Numbered from the stretch's first letter, positions 8,964-19,340 are shown. The stretch is DNA of 64,000 nt from an uncultured Mageeibacillus sp. (GCA_964606165.1 CAZSFQ010000008.1:719-64718), one strand, 5' to 3'. A program made the numbers and translations. The notes: generated by a model not told the origin, from the sequence alone.

Positions 8964-9526
8964 CAATCTTCCTTGGTATTGCCGTCTTTCGGCTGACGGT
9001 AAAGCTCAAAGAGTCCTTGCGGCAGGTCAACTTTTATAAGAGTGCATTCCGGATCGACCGCCCTGACTATGGTGCGCAGGAAAGGGATGAGGATATCCGG
9101 TTCACCTGGCTGGGAAACGAGCAGTATGTCCCCGCTTCCAGCGTTCAAAATATCGGCCACCGATCCAAGCAGCCCTCTTTGGCGGTCCTCAACCTCCGCG
9201 CCCAGCAAGTCGCCATAATAAAACTCGAATTCGTCGGCCAAAGCCAGCGCGTCTTCTCTTTTCACCGCCAGAGTCTTTCCGGTCAGGCGGCGGGCCGCCT
9301 CACGCGTAAAGATGCCGTCAAAAGTCAGCAGCAGACCCTGGGGAGTCGGGCGGCAGCCGGACAAGGTCAGCCTTTCGACCGGCCTTTCCCCGGCTCCATC
9401 CATGGTATAGCAGACCAGGCCCTGGAAGAAACGTTCCTGGCCTTCTGTCAGGCTTTTGACCAGAACTTCGCCCTTGATGCCATGCGGGCGCTGACAGGCG
9501 CCAATCAGCAAATAAGGACGTTTCAT
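8963..9526 (-). CDS. rimM: 16S rRNA processing protein RimM
   Basis: LLIGACQRPHGIKGEVLVKSLTE. ATGA overlap with the upstream KH gene. Canonical rpsP-KH-rimM-trmD order. Confidence 0.9.
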   Translation of the reverse strand: MKRPYLLIGACQRPHGIKGEVLVKSLTEGQERFFQGLVCYTMDGAGERPVERLTLSGCRPTPQGLLLTFDGIFTREAARRLTGKTLAVKREDALALADEFEFYYGDLLGAEVEDRQRGLLGSVADILNAGSGDILLVSQPGEPDILIPFLRTIVRAVDPECTLIKVDLPQGLFELYRQPKDGNTKED

Positions 9527-9753
9527 GAAAGAATGTCGACGGAAACGCGTTTGTTGTCCATGGCGCCCTTGGCTTTCATTATGGTTCGAACGGCGTGGGC
9601 ACGACGGCCGCCGCGTCCGATCACTCTGCCAATGTCATCAGGATGGGCACTCACGGTAAGAACAATCTCGCGTCCCCGGACTTTCTCGTCGATTACGAGT
9701 TGATCCGGATAACGGACGAGCGGCTCGATGACCGCTTTAAGCAGTTCTTTCAT
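9523..9753 (-). CDS. KH-domain RNA-binding protein (YlqC/UPF0109)
   Basis: 76 aa with IGRVIGRGGRRAHAVRTI (the GxxG KH motif). It lies between rpsP and rimM. Confidence 0.9.
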   Translation of the reverse strand: MKELLKAVIEPLVRYPDQLVIDEKVRGREIVLTVSAHPDDIGRVIGRGGRRAHAVRTIMKAKGAMDNKRVSVDILS

Positions 9754-9756
9754 TCT

Positions 9757-10002
9757 TTACTCCAAAATTCCGTTGTACTTGAGAAGTTTCTTTACCGTAT
9801 CGGTCGGCTGGGCGCCCTTCGCGATCCAATCCTTGACCTTGTCACCGTCGACCTTGAATGTGGACGGATCAGTGTGGGGATTGTAGGTTCCGATCTCTTC
9901 AATGAAGCGGCCATCGCGCGGGAAGCGCGCGTCGGCGACGACGACCCGGTAATAGGGTTGCTTTTTCTTGCCTACTCGCTTGAGGCGGATTTTTACTGCC
10001 AT
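9757..10002 (-). CDS. rpsP: 30S ribosomal protein S16
   Basis: [26 protein letters not shown]. Start taken at ATG 10002; the track ORF is 16 codons longer. Confidence 0.95.
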   Translation of the reverse strand: MAVKIRLKRVGKKKQPYYRVVVADARFPRDGRFIEEIGTYNPHTDPSTFKVDGDKVKDWIAKGAQPTDTVKKLLKYNGILE

Positions 10003-10056
10003 AAGTACCTCCAAAAGGTGATCTATCTTTGCCGGGCCCTGGCCCGTCATAAGCTG

Positions 10057-11403
10057 TTAGAAGCCGAGGCCTCCGAACGGCATCCTGCCACGGCGGCGCT
10101 TGCCGCCCTGCCCCAGCATACCGAACTGTTTCATCATTTTTATCATGTCATCGTAGCGGCGGACAACCCGGTTGACATCCTGGACCTCAAGGCCGCTGCC
10201 CCTGGCGATGCGCCGCCTGCGCGAGGCGTCCAGAATACGGGGGTTTTCCCGTTCACGCAAGGTCATGGATTGGATAATGGCCCGGGTCCTGGACAGGTCG
10301 CTTTCGTCAAGATCCATGTCTCCCAGTTTTCTGCCGGCTCCCGGAATCATGGCCAGCATCTCTTTCATTGAACCCATGCCCTGGATCTGTTCGAGCTGCT
10401 CCAGCATATCCTGCATGGTGAAGGTATTTGCCTTGAGGCGTTCCATGGTCCTGCCGGCCTGCTCCTGGTCAAAGGCATCGGAAGCCTTCTCAATCAGGGT
10501 CAGGACATCGCCCATGCCGAGTATCCGCGAGGCCAGGCGGTCTGGATGGAATTGCTCAAGGTCACCCAGTCTTTCGCCTGTTCCGATCATTTTTATGGGT
10601 TTGCCGGTCATCCGTCTGATTGACAGGGCGGCGCCCCCCCGTGCGTCGCCGTCCAGCTTGGTCATGATGAAGCCATCCAGGCCGACCTGGCTGTCAAATG
10701 TCTCCGCGATATGGACCGCTACCTGGCCGATCATGGCATCAACAACCAGCAGGCGCTCGTCCGGCTTGATCTCCGCCTGGATGGACTTGAGTTCATCCAT
10801 CAATTCCTCATCAACCGTCATGCGTCCCGCCGTGTCAACAATCAGTGTGTCGCACATCATGTAGCGGGCACGCTCACGTCCTTGCCTGGCCAGGGCAACC
10901 GCGCTCGTTTCCTCCTGGTTGGTGTAGGAGTCAACGCCGATCTGTTCAGCAAGTATCTTCAGTTGTTCCCGGGCCGCGGGCCGATGGACATCGACCGATA
11001 CCAGCATGGGTTTTTTGCCCTTCTCTTTCAGATGAAGCGCCAGCTTGGCTGCTGTCGTGGTCTTGCCTGTCCCCTGCAGGCCGTAGAGCATGATGGTGGT
11101 GAAGCCGCTGGAGGAAACAGCCAGTTTTTCTTCCTCCCCCAGGATGCCTGTCAGGGCTTGGTGCACGATCTTGATGACCTGCTGCCCCGGGGTCAGGCTT
11201 TGCAGGATTTCAGCGCCACGCGCCTTTTCACTGATTTCCTCCGATAAGTCTTTGACGACCTGGTAGTTGACATCAGCTTCCAGCAAGGCCAGCCGGATTT
11301 CCCGCATCATATCCTTGATGTCTTTTTCCGTCACACGGCTTTTGCCGCGCATGGCATCGGTGATCCGCGTCAGCCGGGAACTGAGATTCTCAAAAAGTGC
11401 CAT
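10057..11403 (-). CDS. ffh: signal recognition particle protein Ffh
   Basis: GLQGTGKTTTAAKLA, DTAGR, and a Met-rich M domain (MGSMKEMLAMIPG). Confidence 0.97.
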   Translation of the reverse strand: MALFENLSSRLTRITDAMRGKSRVTEKDIKDMMREIRLALLEADVNYQVVKDLSEEISEKARGAEILQSLTPGQQVIKIVHQALTGILGEEEKLAVSSSGFTTIMLYGLQGTGKTTTAAKLALHLKEKGKKPMLVSVDVHRPAAREQLKILAEQIGVDSYTNQEETSAVALARQGRERARYMMCDTLIVDTAGRMTVDEELMDELKSIQAEIKPDERLLVVDAMIGQVAVHIAETFDSQVGLDGFIMTKLDGDARGGAALSIRRMTGKPIKMIGTGERLGDLEQFHPDRLASRILGMGDVLTLIEKASDAFDQEQAGRTMERLKANTFTMQDMLEQLEQIQGMGSMKEMLAMIPGAGRKLGDMDLDESDLSRTRAIIQSMTLRERENPRILDASRRRRIARGSGLEVQDVNRVVRRYDDMIKMMKQFGMLGQGGKRRRGRMPFGGLGF

Positions 11404-11782
11404 CTTGCTCTCCCCGCCCGCCTGCCGCCTGCCCCAGCAAGCTGGTCATGGCAGCCAGCGATTGGCGCAAGCCCCCGTCATCACCTGACTGGTGCTGGTC
11501 CAAAGCGGTTTTGATCAGCTCCTCCATCAACCGGTCACGCCGCGCGAGCTCAAGGGAGCTCTCCAGGGCACTGAGCCTGGCCACACCCCTTCGGATCTGG
11601 TCGTGGATCCCCTGCCGCGACAAACCTGTATGTTCCGCAATTTCGGAAAGTGACCAGTCCTCATCAAAATAGAGAGTCAATACCTCGCGCTGGCGGGATG
11701 TTAGAAGATCACCGTAATAGTCGAGCCAAAGACAGACGTCGGTGTGCAAGGGTTCCCTCAAATGATCTTCCTGGTTTTGCAT
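11390..11782 (-). CDS. ylxM: YlxM/UPF0122 putative helix-turn-helix protein
   Basis: YYGDLLTSRQREVLTLYFDEDWSLSEIAEHTGLSRQGIHDQIRR. It lies upstream of and overlapping ffh. An alternative TTG start about 33 nt downstream is possible. Confidence 0.85.
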   Translation of the reverse strand: MQNQEDHLREPLHTDVCLWLDYYGDLLTSRQREVLTLYFDEDWSLSEIAEHTGLSRQGIHDQIRRGVARLSALESSLELARRDRLMEELIKTALDQHQSGDDGGLRQSLAAMTSLLGQAAGGRGEQDGTF

Positions 11783-11788
11783 GGAGTC

Positions 11789-11817
11789 AGTATAAGCACA
11801 GTTTGCCTAACTGTCAA
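11789..11817 (-). promoter_or_regulatory. near-consensus sigma-A promoter for ylxM-ffh
   Basis: The minus strand reads TTGACA-GTTAGGCAAACTGTGCT(17)-TATACT-GACTCC-ATG. The -35 is part of a 7-bp inverted repeat, CTGTCAA-N9-TTGACAG. Confidence 0.7.
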
Positions 11818-11838
11818 GTAAAATGATTGACAGCCTCT

Positions 11839-12750
11839 TCAGTCTTGCGGCAGCAAGGCCGCCAAAAAGATCGACCGGTCAAAATCCTGCAGATCTTCGG
11901 CTACCTCTCCCAGTCCGGCAAGGCAGAGGGGCAGCCCGGTTTCCCGGGCAACCGCAATGGCGACGCCGCCCTTGGCACTGCCGTCCAGCTTGGTGATGGC
12001 CAGGCCTGAGACATGAGTAGCCTCGTGAAAGGCACGGGCCTGGACAATGGCATTCTGGCCCGTTGTGGCATCGATGACCAGAATCGTTTCAAGGAGGGCT
12101 TCCGCTGCCTCACGGTCGATGACGCGCCTTATCTTGCCAAGTTCATCCATTAAATTCTTTTTCGTATGCAGGCGGCCGGCCGTATCAATAATAAGGAGTT
12201 CAATTTTCCTTGCCTTGGCGGCCTGGATCGCATCAAAGACAACAGCGGCCGGGTCGGCCCCCGTCTGGTGCGCGATGACTGCTGTTTGGGTGCGTTCACC
12301 CCACACTTTCAGCTGCTCAACCGCAGCAGCCCTGAAGGTGTCCGCGGCAGCCATCATAACACGCAAGCCATTGGACTTGGCCCTTTGCGCCAGTTTAGCA
12401 GCTGTTGTTGTCTTGCCTGTACCGTTGACGCCTACCATCAGGTAAATGGTCAGCATGCCTTGATCGGCTGTCAGGCGTTTTTCCGTGATCATGGCGGCCA
12501 GGGATTGATTCAAAGAGGCAAGTACGCCTGCCCGCGTCGCGTCTCCCGTCAGCCGGATATGTTCACGGATGGCCTCGATGGCTTCCCTTGATGCCGTAAG
12601 TCCGCAGTCGGCCTGAACCAGCATCATCTCAAGATCATCGAGCATGTCGTCATCGAAAATGCCGAGTCCCGCGGCCATCCTGTTGATGCCGGCCGTCATG
12701 AAGTCTCGTGTTTTGGCCAGACCTCTTTTAAAAGTTTCGAACAGCGTCAC
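11839..12750 (-). CDS. ftsY: signal recognition particle receptor FtsY (short form, no acidic A domain)
   Basis: GVNGTGKTTTAAKLA, DTAGRLH and TKLDGSAKGG. I prefer GTG 12750 (VTLFETFKRGLAKTR), which removes the overlap with smc. Confidence 0.93.
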   Translation of the reverse strand: MTLFETFKRGLAKTRDFMTAGINRMAAGLGIFDDDMLDDLEMMLVQADCGLTASREAIEAIREHIRLTGDATRAGVLASLNQSLAAMITEKRLTADQGMLTIYLMVGVNGTGKTTTAAKLAQRAKSNGLRVMMAAADTFRAAAVEQLKVWGERTQTAVIAHQTGADPAAVVFDAIQAAKARKIELLIIDTAGRLHTKKNLMDELGKIRRVIDREAAEALLETILVIDATTGQNAIVQARAFHEATHVSGLAITKLDGSAKGGVAIAVARETGLPLCLAGLGEVAEDLQDFDRSIFLAALLPQD

Positions 12751-12769
12751 CGGAACACCCCGTCCCCAC

Positions 12770-15700
12770 TCAATCACCGTAAGGCAGCGCGGAGGAGAGG
12801 ACCATGGACAGAACACGGGAGATGCCCCGCTCCTGCATGGTCACGCCATAGAGCCTGTCGGCTGCCTCCATGGTACCTTTGCGGTGTGTCACAAGAATAA
12901 ACTGCATGGACCAGGCGTAACGCCTGACATAATCTGTAAACCGCTTGACATTGGCGTCATCCAGGGCAGATTCCACTTCGTCGAAAACACAAAAGGGAGC
13001 CGGTTTCAACTTCAAGATGGCGAAAAGGAGCGCGATCGCTGTCAGACATCGCTCCCCGCCTGAAAGCAGAGAAAGTTTTTGCAGCTTTTTGCCAGGCGGC
13101 TGAGCCCGGATACCGATGTCGGCATGCAGTACATCCGCCTCTCCTTCGAGAACAATCTCTGCCTGCCCTCCCGAGAACAATTCAGAAAAGACCTGATTGA
13201 AGTTCTGGTTGACGGCATGAATGGTTTCGCTGAACTGTTCGCGCATGGACTGGTCGAGCTGGTGCACAACGCTCTCAAGTTCTGCCTGGGCCCTTTCAAT
13301 GTCCTGTCGCTGTCCAGCCGTGAAATCGATCCTGGCCTTCAGGGATTCATAATCGCGGATGGCATTGTGATTGATGGGACCGAGTTCATCAATATTGCGC
13401 TTCAACTCGGCGCGTTGAGCCGTTGCCTTGGCGACCGAGGGGATGTCGGCCGCCTCTCCCTGCGCTTCGGACCGTGTCAGCCCGTGTGTTTCCCAAAGTC
13501 TGTTCAGCTGGTCGTCGATCTGTTGTTCCGTTCGTTGGATTTCCGCCTTGCGCCGTTCCAAAACGCTTTGAAGTGAAGCGACAAGATCACTGGCGCTGTT
13601 CATCGAACCTGTGATGGCTCGCTGCCTGGAGAATTCTTCTTCCCTGCGGGCCATCAATTCCTCCAAGAGGGCGCGGCTCTCTTTGATCCGCGAATTGACT
13701 TCTTCCAGGGCTTTCACATTCTCCTGGATATCAATTCTGGCCTGCTCCATCCTTTGATTCTGGCTTTCCCACTCCCGTTCGACAGAAGAGCGCCGCAACC
13801 GGGCTGCTTCTATTTCCTGATCCGTGCGCGCGCTCACCGCGTCGAACTCGTCCAGGGAGTCAGTGATCGCAGCAACCGACAGATCGAGTTTGGTCAAGCC
13901 GTCCCGGCAGGCATGGTATTTCGTAAGCTCCTCTTCGTGGTCCGACCGCAGCTTGCCCATCTTTGCTTCCAGCTCCAGCTGTTCCTTTTCCGCCTCCGTG
14001 ATCTCCTCCTGTCCCCGGGCCATCAAGTCACTGAGTTCGGCAAGCCTGACCGTTACAAGAGCCTCCTCCTGCTCAAGCTTCCCCCTGTCATCACGGACTC
14101 TTTGCAGCGCCGCGAGGCCAGCCTCCTCCTCGGTCTTGAGCCTGACATAATCGCGTCGTGCCGAGGCCAAATCCTCCAGGATGGCTTCCTCCGAAGCGGC
14201 CCTCCCGCGGAGTTCTTCTTTGGCGGCTTCGAGTTTGTCTTCTTCACCCAGAAGCCTTTCTTTACTGGCCTCCGCCTCATCCCTGGCGGCCTGGATGCGG
14301 CCGGGGCGGCCAAGGACACCCGTAGACCGCGCCATGCGGTAGCCGCCTGTCATCGATCCACCCCGGTGCACGACGTCACCGGCACGGGTCACAATCGAAT
14401 ATCTCCGCCTGGTTTCCCTGCTTAGCCGTGCAGCGTCCTCCAGCGTTTCCACCAGCAGGGTTCTTCCCAGGCTGTAACGGACCGCCGGCATAACCGCTTC
14501 GTCGCAGCTGACCATCTCACTGGCCAGACCAATCCAGCCCGGGCTTTGCATGGCCGTTTTCAGGCTTTGCTGATCGACGTTGCTGACTGTCAGGGAGCGG
14601 ACAGGTAAAAAGGTTGCACGGCCCTTTTGGGACCGGCGCAGCCATCCAATCCAATTCTCGGCCGTTTCCTGTGTATCGCAAACAAGATGGTGTGCGGAAG
14701 CGCCGAGCGCCACTTCAATGGCCTGACGGAGCGGGTCGGGAACGGTTAGCAGGGAGCCGAGAGGACCGTATAAAACTCCGCGGCCGGCCTTTTCTTCTTC
14801 CTGCATGATTTGCCGGACCGGCTGCGAATAACCCTCATAATCCAGCTCCAGCCGTTCCAGGGTATCAGCCTCGTAAGCCAGCTGCCCTATCTCCCTTCTG
14901 AGATCCTCCATGGCCTGCTCAATTGCATCGGCCTTATGGTGGCCCTCCAGGGTCTTCCTTCTGGCTTCCGCCGCCTTTTCTTCCAGGTCCGCAATCCGGC
15001 GCTCACAAGCAGCGCGTTTGCCGCCCAGTATTTCAAGCTTGCCGGCGTCAGAGTCGACTTCACCCGACAAAGTAGTTTTCTCTGTCTTTAAGCGTTCGTA
15101 GCGCGCTTCCAGTGATTGTCTTTCCCCATGCTTTTCACGCAGGGACGCGCGGATTCCCGCAAGCTTGCTCATGCCTGCTTCCCGCAGGCCGGTCAAGTCA
15201 ACAAGGTCATTGCCATAAGTGTCAACGACTTCTTTGAGGGACTGGAGCAGATTATTTTTCTCCGCCAGTTCTTTTTCAAAGGATGACCGGCGCCGCAGCA
15301 GTTCTTCACGCCTGGACGCCCGGCCGGCCAAATCCTGCTCGGCTGACATGACCTGCATGATCAGCCTGTTCTTTTCCTCCAGCATTGATTCCGCGCCTTG
15401 TTTGGAGCTGGCGTATTTTTCATTGTAAAGCGCTTCGAGGCCGATGTGTTCTGTCTCTTTTACAGACAGGGTATTGAAGCGGGTCTGCTCCTCTTCTATC
15501 TTTCGATCGAGTTGATCAATCATCAGCATGGAGGCTTCATGGACGGTCCGTTCCTCACGCTGGGTGTTTCGCGCGTCTTCCAGGTCCGATTCCATGAGAG
15601 AGGCTTCATCCTCCCGTTTCGCCTTCTGTAATTCCAGGGACTCAATCTGACGTATAATGAGCGCTGTATCGAGCTTCCGGAACTGAGATGCAAGGCCAAT

Positions 15701-16342
15701 ATGGGAACGGGCGTCTTCTGCCTGCTTTTCAAGCAGGACTGACTGGTCCGCCAATTCAGCGAGCAGGTCGTCGACACGGAGCAGATTCTGTTCACTTCGC
15801 TCCAGCTTGCGAAGCGCCTCCTCCCTGCGTGACCGGAACTGGACAATTCCGGACGCTTCTTCGAAAATGGCACGCCTGTCTTCTGACCGGTTGCTCAGGA
15901 TCTCATCAACCCGTCCCTGGCCGATGATTGAATAACCATCCAGGCCCACCGCCGTGTCCATCAGGAGCCTGTTGATGTCTTTCAGCCTGCAGGGTGTCTT
16001 ATTGATCAGGTACTCGCTGTCACCCGACCGGTAATACCTGCGGGTGATCGAAACCGTCTCGTAATCCAGGGGAAGTATCCTCTTGGAATTGTCAAGGGTA
16101 AGTGTTACTTCAGAAAAGCTGACAGGGCGGCGCTGCGCCGTCCCGTCGAAAATGACATCCTCCATCCGCTGGCCCCGGAGTGTCTTGGCACTTTGTTCAC
16201 CCAGTACCCATCGGATGGCGTCAGTGATATTGGACTTCCCTGCTCCGTTGGGGCCGACAATGGCAGTGATTCCTTTGTGAAAGTTAATTTGAGTGTAATC
16301 GGGAAATGATTTGAAACCCTGAATCTCAAGCGATTTCAGCAT
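12770..16342 (-). CDS. smc: chromosome condensation/segregation ATPase SMC
   Basis: MLKSLEIQGFKSF, Walker A GPNGAGKSNI, long coiled coils with a hinge, LSGGERCLTAIALLFA, and Walker B FCVFDEVESALD. ATG 16342 is preceded by AGGAG. Confidence 0.97.
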   Translation of the reverse strand: MLKSLEIQGFKSFPDYTQINFHKGITAIVGPNGAGKSNITDAIRWVLGEQSAKTLRGQRMEDVIFDGTAQRRPVSFSEVTLTLDNSKRILPLDYETVSITRRYYRSGDSEYLINKTPCRLKDINRLLMDTAVGLDGYSIIGQGRVDEILSNRSEDRRAIFEEASGIVQFRSRREEALRKLERSEQNLLRVDDLLAELADQSVLLEKQAEDARSHIGLASQFRKLDTALIIRQIESLELQKAKREDEASLMESDLEDARNTQREERTVHEASMLMIDQLDRKIEEEQTRFNTLSVKETEHIGLEALYNEKYASSKQGAESMLEEKNRLIMQVMSAEQDLAGRASRREELLRRRSSFEKELAEKNNLLQSLKEVVDTYGNDLVDLTGLREAGMSKLAGIRASLREKHGERQSLEARYERLKTEKTTLSGEVDSDAGKLEILGGKRAACERRIADLEEKAAEARRKTLEGHHKADAIEQAMEDLRREIGQLAYEADTLERLELDYEGYSQPVRQIMQEEEKAGRGVLYGPLGSLLTVPDPLRQAIEVALGASAHHLVCDTQETAENWIGWLRRSQKGRATFLPVRSLTVSNVDQQSLKTAMQSPGWIGLASEMVSCDEAVMPAVRYSLGRTLLVETLEDAARLSRETRRRYSIVTRAGDVVHRGGSMTGGYRMARSTGVLGRPGRIQAARDEAEASKERLLGEEDKLEAAKEELRGRAASEEAILEDLASARRDYVRLKTEEEAGLAALQRVRDDRGKLEQEEALVTVRLAELSDLMARGQEEITEAEKEQLELEAKMGKLRSDHEEELTKYHACRDGLTKLDLSVAAITDSLDEFDAVSARTDQEIEAARLRRSSVEREWESQNQRMEQARIDIQENVKALEEVNSRIKESRALLEELMARREEEFSRQRAITGSMNSASDLVASLQSVLERRKAEIQRTEQQIDDQLNRLWETHGLTRSEAQGEAADIPSVAKATAQRAELKRNIDELGPINHNAIRDYESLKARIDFTAGQRQDIERAQAELESVVHQLDQSMREQFSETIHAVNQNFNQVFSELFSGGQAEIVLEGEADVLHADIGIRAQPPGKKLQKLSLLSGGERCLTAIALLFAILKLKPAPFCVFDEVESALDDANVKRFTDYVRRYAWSMQFILVTHRKGTMEAADRLYGVTMQERGISRVLSMVLSSALPYGD

Positions 16343-16350
16343 GGCCTTGG

Positions 16351-17037
16351 TTAATCTCCTGTCCTGGCTTGCAGAAACCGGCACGAGGCGTCCTGCTCGG
16401 CTGCCTTCTTGGTTTTCCCGCTGCCAGTCGCCTTTAACTGGCCGTCTATGTAGAGGCCCATGGTGTATTGCCGGTCATGATCGGGTCCGCTTGTCTCATG
16501 TACCAGGAACTCCAGGTCCATCCCCTTATGGGACTGGGCCCATTCGAAAAGCCTGCTCTTATAATCGTAAGCGAGCCCGCCGCTGGAGGCCAGTTCCCAA
16601 TAAGGCATAAGCAGTCCTTTCATGACCAGCCTGGCTGACTCCATACCCCCCTCAAGATATACTGCGCCAAGAACTGCCTCCACCCCGTCGGACAGGTTGG
16701 AAGGATTGGCTCCGCCTCCTGACAAGGACTCGCCATGACCCAGGCGTAGAAAGCTTCCCAGATCTATCGAAAGCGCTATCCGGGTGAGTGTTTGCTCGCA
16801 GACCAGGCCAGCGCGCTTTTTCGTCATCTCCCCCTCCGGGGCGTCCGGGAATTCCGCGAACAGATCTTCCGTTACAATTAACTGGAGAACGGCATCTCCA
16901 AGGAACTCCAGCCGCTGATTGTCCCTGGTCTCAAGATCCTGCTCGTAGGCAAAAGAAGGATGCGTCAAGGCTTCCAGCAACAATTGCCGGTTCCTGAATG
17001 AATAACCGATACGGTTCTCCAAGACGGTAAGATCCAT
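16351..17037 (-). CDS. rnc: ribonuclease III
   Basis: HPSFAYE..NQRLEFLGDAVL signature plus a C-terminal dsRBD (GSGKTKKAAEQDAS). Confidence 0.95.
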   Translation of the reverse strand: MDLTVLENRIGYSFRNRQLLLEALTHPSFAYEQDLETRDNQRLEFLGDAVLQLIVTEDLFAEFPDAPEGEMTKKRAGLVCEQTLTRIALSIDLGSFLRLGHGESLSGGGANPSNLSDGVEAVLGAVYLEGGMESARLVMKGLLMPYWELASSGGLAYDYKSRLFEWAQSHKGMDLEFLVHETSGPDHDRQYTMGLYIDGQLKATGSGKTKKAAEQDASCRFLQARTGD

Positions 17038-17059
17038 GGATGTGACGCCCAAACAGGAT

Positions 17060-17082
17060 GTCCCGTCCGCGAGGGACGGGAC
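17060..17082 (-). other. GC-rich stem-loop between acpP and rnc (processing site or weak terminator)
   Basis: GTCCCGTCC-N5-GGACGGGAC, a perfect 9-bp stem. Only a weak T tract (ATCCTGTTTGGG) follows on the minus strand. Confidence 0.4.
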
Positions 17083-17091
17083 GGGATGGCA

Positions 17092-17331
17092 TTACAAATG
17101 AGCGTGAATGAAGTCGACGGCATCTCCGACAGTGCGGATGCGCTCGGCCTCTTCGTCCATGATCTGCATGTCAAACTCGGATTCCAGCGACATAACCATT
17201 TCAACGATATCGAGGGAGTCTGCGTTCAGATCTTCAATGATACTTGAAGTCATCTCAATCGACTCTTCGTCAATGCTTAGCTGATCCGCCAATATGGTCC
17301 GGATACGTTCCATGATTTCCTGTTTTGTCAT
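17092..17331 (-). CDS. acpP: acyl carrier protein
   Basis: [19 protein letters not shown] (the DSL phosphopantetheine site). ATG 17331 is preceded by GGAGG. Confidence 0.93.
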   Translation of the reverse strand: MTKQEIMERIRTILADQLSIDEESIEMTSSIIEDLNADSLDIVEMVMSLESEFDMQIMDEEAERIRTVGDAVDFIHAHL

Positions 17332-17380
17332 AAAGGATCCTCCATCATCAAATTCAAGGAGCTCTGCCGAATACAAACCG

Positions 17381-18004
17381 CTAGACCCGGAGCGCGCCCG
17401 ACAGGAACTCTCTATTTTTCAGCCAGTAGTCAAGGCCTGAAAACACGGTTAAGAGCAATGTAACAGCCACCAGTACATCACCGGGGATTGTCCATGGCTG
17501 ACCATAGCCCAAAAAAGGCAGGGATGGATCGAACCACTGGACAATAATGGGCTCAAACATCAAGGCACCCAGGGTAACAATCTGGAATATGGTCTTGATT
17601 TTTCCAAACCAGCTCGCCGCGATAACCTGCCCCTGCTCAACGCTGATGACCCGGATGCCCGTTACGATAAACTCACGGGCCGCGATCAGAACAATGACGT
17701 AAGTGGAGATCCGGCCCAGCTGGACAAAGGCGGTAAAGACAGCTAGTACCAGGAGTTTGTCGGCGATGGGATCCACCAGCTTGCCAAAATTGGAAACCAG
17801 ACCCTGCTTGCGCGCCATCATCCCGTCCAGCAGGTCAGTCATGGCCGCAAGGACAAAGAGGACGAAAGCGATCACACGGCCCGGAGCCGATACGATGAAG
17901 CCGGAAAAAGCACAGGTCTCACAATAAGGCAGCGGCAAAAGGAAAAAAAGAATAAAAGGAATCATGATGATCCGTGAAAGCGTCAGTTTATTCGCAATAT
18001 TCAT
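17381..18004 (-). CDS. pgsA: CDP-diacylglycerol--glycerol-3-phosphate 3-phosphatidyltransferase
   Basis: CDP-alcohol phosphatidyltransferase motif [27 protein letters not shown], with multiple TM segments. Confidence 0.9.
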   Translation of the reverse strand: MNIANKLTLSRIIMIPFILFFLLPLPYCETCAFSGFIVSAPGRVIAFVLFVLAAMTDLLDGMMARKQGLVSNFGKLVDPIADKLLVLAVFTAFVQLGRISTYVIVLIAAREFIVTGIRVISVEQGQVIAASWFGKIKTIFQIVTLGALMFEPIIVQWFDPSLPFLGYGQPWTIPGDVLVAVTLLLTVFSGLDYWLKNREFLSGALRV

Positions 18005-19340
18005 TCAAAGACACTCCTATGAGCTCATAGGGCCGGGCATCCACGATGCGTACGGCCGGCCTGCTGCCTATCACAAGGTCAGGGCTTGTGGCTGCAACAA
18101 AAATAACGGGATCAATGTCCGGCGCCTCGCCGTAACTTCTCCCATGAAAGAGTATACCACGCTCGTCGACCCCTTCGAAAAGGACGCGCGTTACCTGGCC
18201 GATCCTTTTTTTATTGGCGGCGAGCGCGATTTCTTTTTGGGTTTCCATAATCAGGGCGGCACGGGAGGATGCTGTGGCCCGGGAGACCTGATCCGTCATC
18301 CCTGCCGCGGGAGTCCCTTCCTCGGGTGAGAAAACAAAACAGCCGAGGCGGTCGAAGCGGATCATCTTGACATAATCAAGCAATTGGCGAAACTCCTCCT
18401 CGCCTTCCCCGGGAAAGCCTGTGATAACGGTGGACCGGATGATAACCCGGGGGATTCTTTGGCGGAATTTTTCGATGGTTCGTGTGATCTCCCCGATGGT
18501 CTCGCGGCGTCTCATGCGCGCCAGGATGACGTCGGAGGCATGCTGGATGGGAAGATCGACATAGGGGGCCAGCTTGGGATTGGAACCCATTTCTTCTATC
18601 AATTCATCCGTTACGGCATCGGCGTAAAAATAGAGGCAGCGGATCAGTTCGATGTCCGGCAACTCTGTTGTCAACCGCCTCAGGAGCGAGGCAAGTGCCG
18701 GCGTCCCCATAAGGTCCATGCCGTAGCGTGTCGTGTCCTGGGCGACCAGGATCAATTCACGGACACCCTGCTCAGCTAAATGACGCGCTTCATTCACGAT
18801 GGCCTGCGGCTGCCTCGAACGCTGGGGACCGCGCAGGCGGGGGATGGCGCAGTAGGCACAGGCATTGGAACAACCTTCCGCGATTTTCAAATAGGCGTAA
18901 GTACCCGCGAGGGCGGACGGGACCCGGTTGACATCAAGGTATGAAACATCTCCCGGCGGCCCGGGGCGGTGCGAGCGCAGGTCATCTCCCCGGACCAAAG
19001 CTTTGAGGGCACCCACAATTTTCCCGTATTCTCCCGTGCCCAGGATGGCGTCCACTTCGGGAAATTCAAGGAAGATTTTTTCCTTGTATCGCTGTGGCAG
19101 ACAGCCGGCAACAATCAGAAAGGAATCTTCTCCCTTTTGTTCAGCCAGGTCCAGGATGGCTTCAATGGCCTCCTCGACTGCGGGCTCAATGAAGGCGCAG
19201 GTATTGACAATCAGAAAGCGGGCCGAGCGGGGGTCACTTTCAAAAGAATAACCCGCCTTTTTTAAAAGGGCGCTCATGCATTCAGAATCAACTTCATTCT
19301 TGGGGCAGCCAAGTGATAAAAGATAAAAGGACTGATTCAT
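17988..19340 (-). CDS. rimO: ribosomal protein S12 methylthiotransferase RimO (radical SAM MTTase)
   Basis: N-terminal LGCPKNEVDSE, radical-SAM CSNACAYCAIP, and a C-terminal TRAM-like region. Confidence 0.85.
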   Translation of the reverse strand: MNQSFYLLSLGCPKNEVDSECMSALLKKAGYSFESDPRSARFLIVNTCAFIEPAVEEAIEAILDLAEQKGEDSFLIVAGCLPQRYKEKIFLEFPEVDAILGTGEYGKIVGALKALVRGDDLRSHRPGPPGDVSYLDVNRVPSALAGTYAYLKIAEGCSNACAYCAIPRLRGPQRSRQPQAIVNEARHLAEQGVRELILVAQDTTRYGMDLMGTPALASLLRRLTTELPDIELIRCLYFYADAVTDELIEEMGSNPKLAPYVDLPIQHASDVILARMRRRETIGEITRTIEKFRQRIPRVIIRSTVITGFPGEGEEEFRQLLDYVKMIRFDRLGCFVFSPEEGTPAAGMTDQVSRATASSRAALIMETQKEIALAANKKRIGQVTRVLFEGVDERGILFHGRSYGEAPDIDPVIFVAATSPDLVIGSRPAVRIVDARPYELIGVSLNEYCE

